64,000 nt of DNA from a virus (taxonomy: Duplodnaviria > Caudoviricetes), in the IMG/VR virus record IMGVR_UViG_3300028844_003248, positions 1,540 to 65,539 of that record. One strand, given 5' to 3'. Both the position numbers and the translations under genes were made by a program. Positions 63,963 through 64,000 of the stretch are shown piece by piece. The notes beneath the pieces were generated by a model that saw only the letters and a list, made by a program, of their open reading frames with translations, was not told where the DNA came from and did not search any database. Numbering within the stretch: the stretch's first letter is position 1; each line of letters opens with the position of its first letter.

Positions 63963-64000
63963 ATGGCAATAGATTTCAATGCCATCAATGGCAAGTTCTC
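63963..64000 (+). CDS. start of the next gene (partial)
   Basis: ATG 3 nt after the gp5 stop; frame open to the window end. Confidence 0.5.
   Translation, partial: MAIDFNAINGKF

Noticed and set aside
1-64000. Numerous 60-230 aa antisense or alternate-frame ORFs in the track (e.g. 44989-45675 -, 8867-9385 -, 4708-5202 -)
   Set aside because: They lie over well-supported genes, lack an RBS or motifs, and look like shadow ORFs
1-64000. Stop-codon reassignment
   Set aside because: Core genes are full length under the standard code, and TAA, TAG and TGA all end genes at coupled junctions

Overview
A 64 kb segment of a large, AT-rich T4-like myovirus. Evidence: gp45, gp32, gp33, RNase H, PhoH, gp2, gp4, gp26/51, gp48, gp53, gp5 and TATAAATA late promoters. 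The host is probably an alphaproteobacterium, inferred from GANTC/GcrA-type motifs in the early promoters and from B12-dependent enzymes. Left to right: (1) 1-7.6 kb, Lys-rich modular proteins that look like protease-processed head cargo; (2) a spanin pair; (3) a class II ribonucleotide reductase and DNA-metabolism genes; (4) 16.7-38.9 kb, a glycan synthesis and decoration island with many glycosyltransferases, sulfo-, methyl-, amino- and carbamoyltransferases, radical SAM enzymes, KdsA/KdsB, PMM, Ugd and a RuBisCO-like protein; (5) early-gene cassettes; (6) four tRNAs; (7) a desaturase/oxygenase cassette; (8) gp33-gp32; (9) baseplate and tail genes. The most notable candidates are a RuBisCO-like protein inside a nucleotide-sugar operon, early promoters carrying CGAATCR (the GcrA/CcrM motif) in their spacers, and a probable -1 frameshift joining gp26 to gp51 just upstream of a tape-measure-like gene. 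All calls come from reading motifs by eye; no database searches were run. Two apparent indels (gp32 and the tail-tube-like gene) suggest possible assembly errors.
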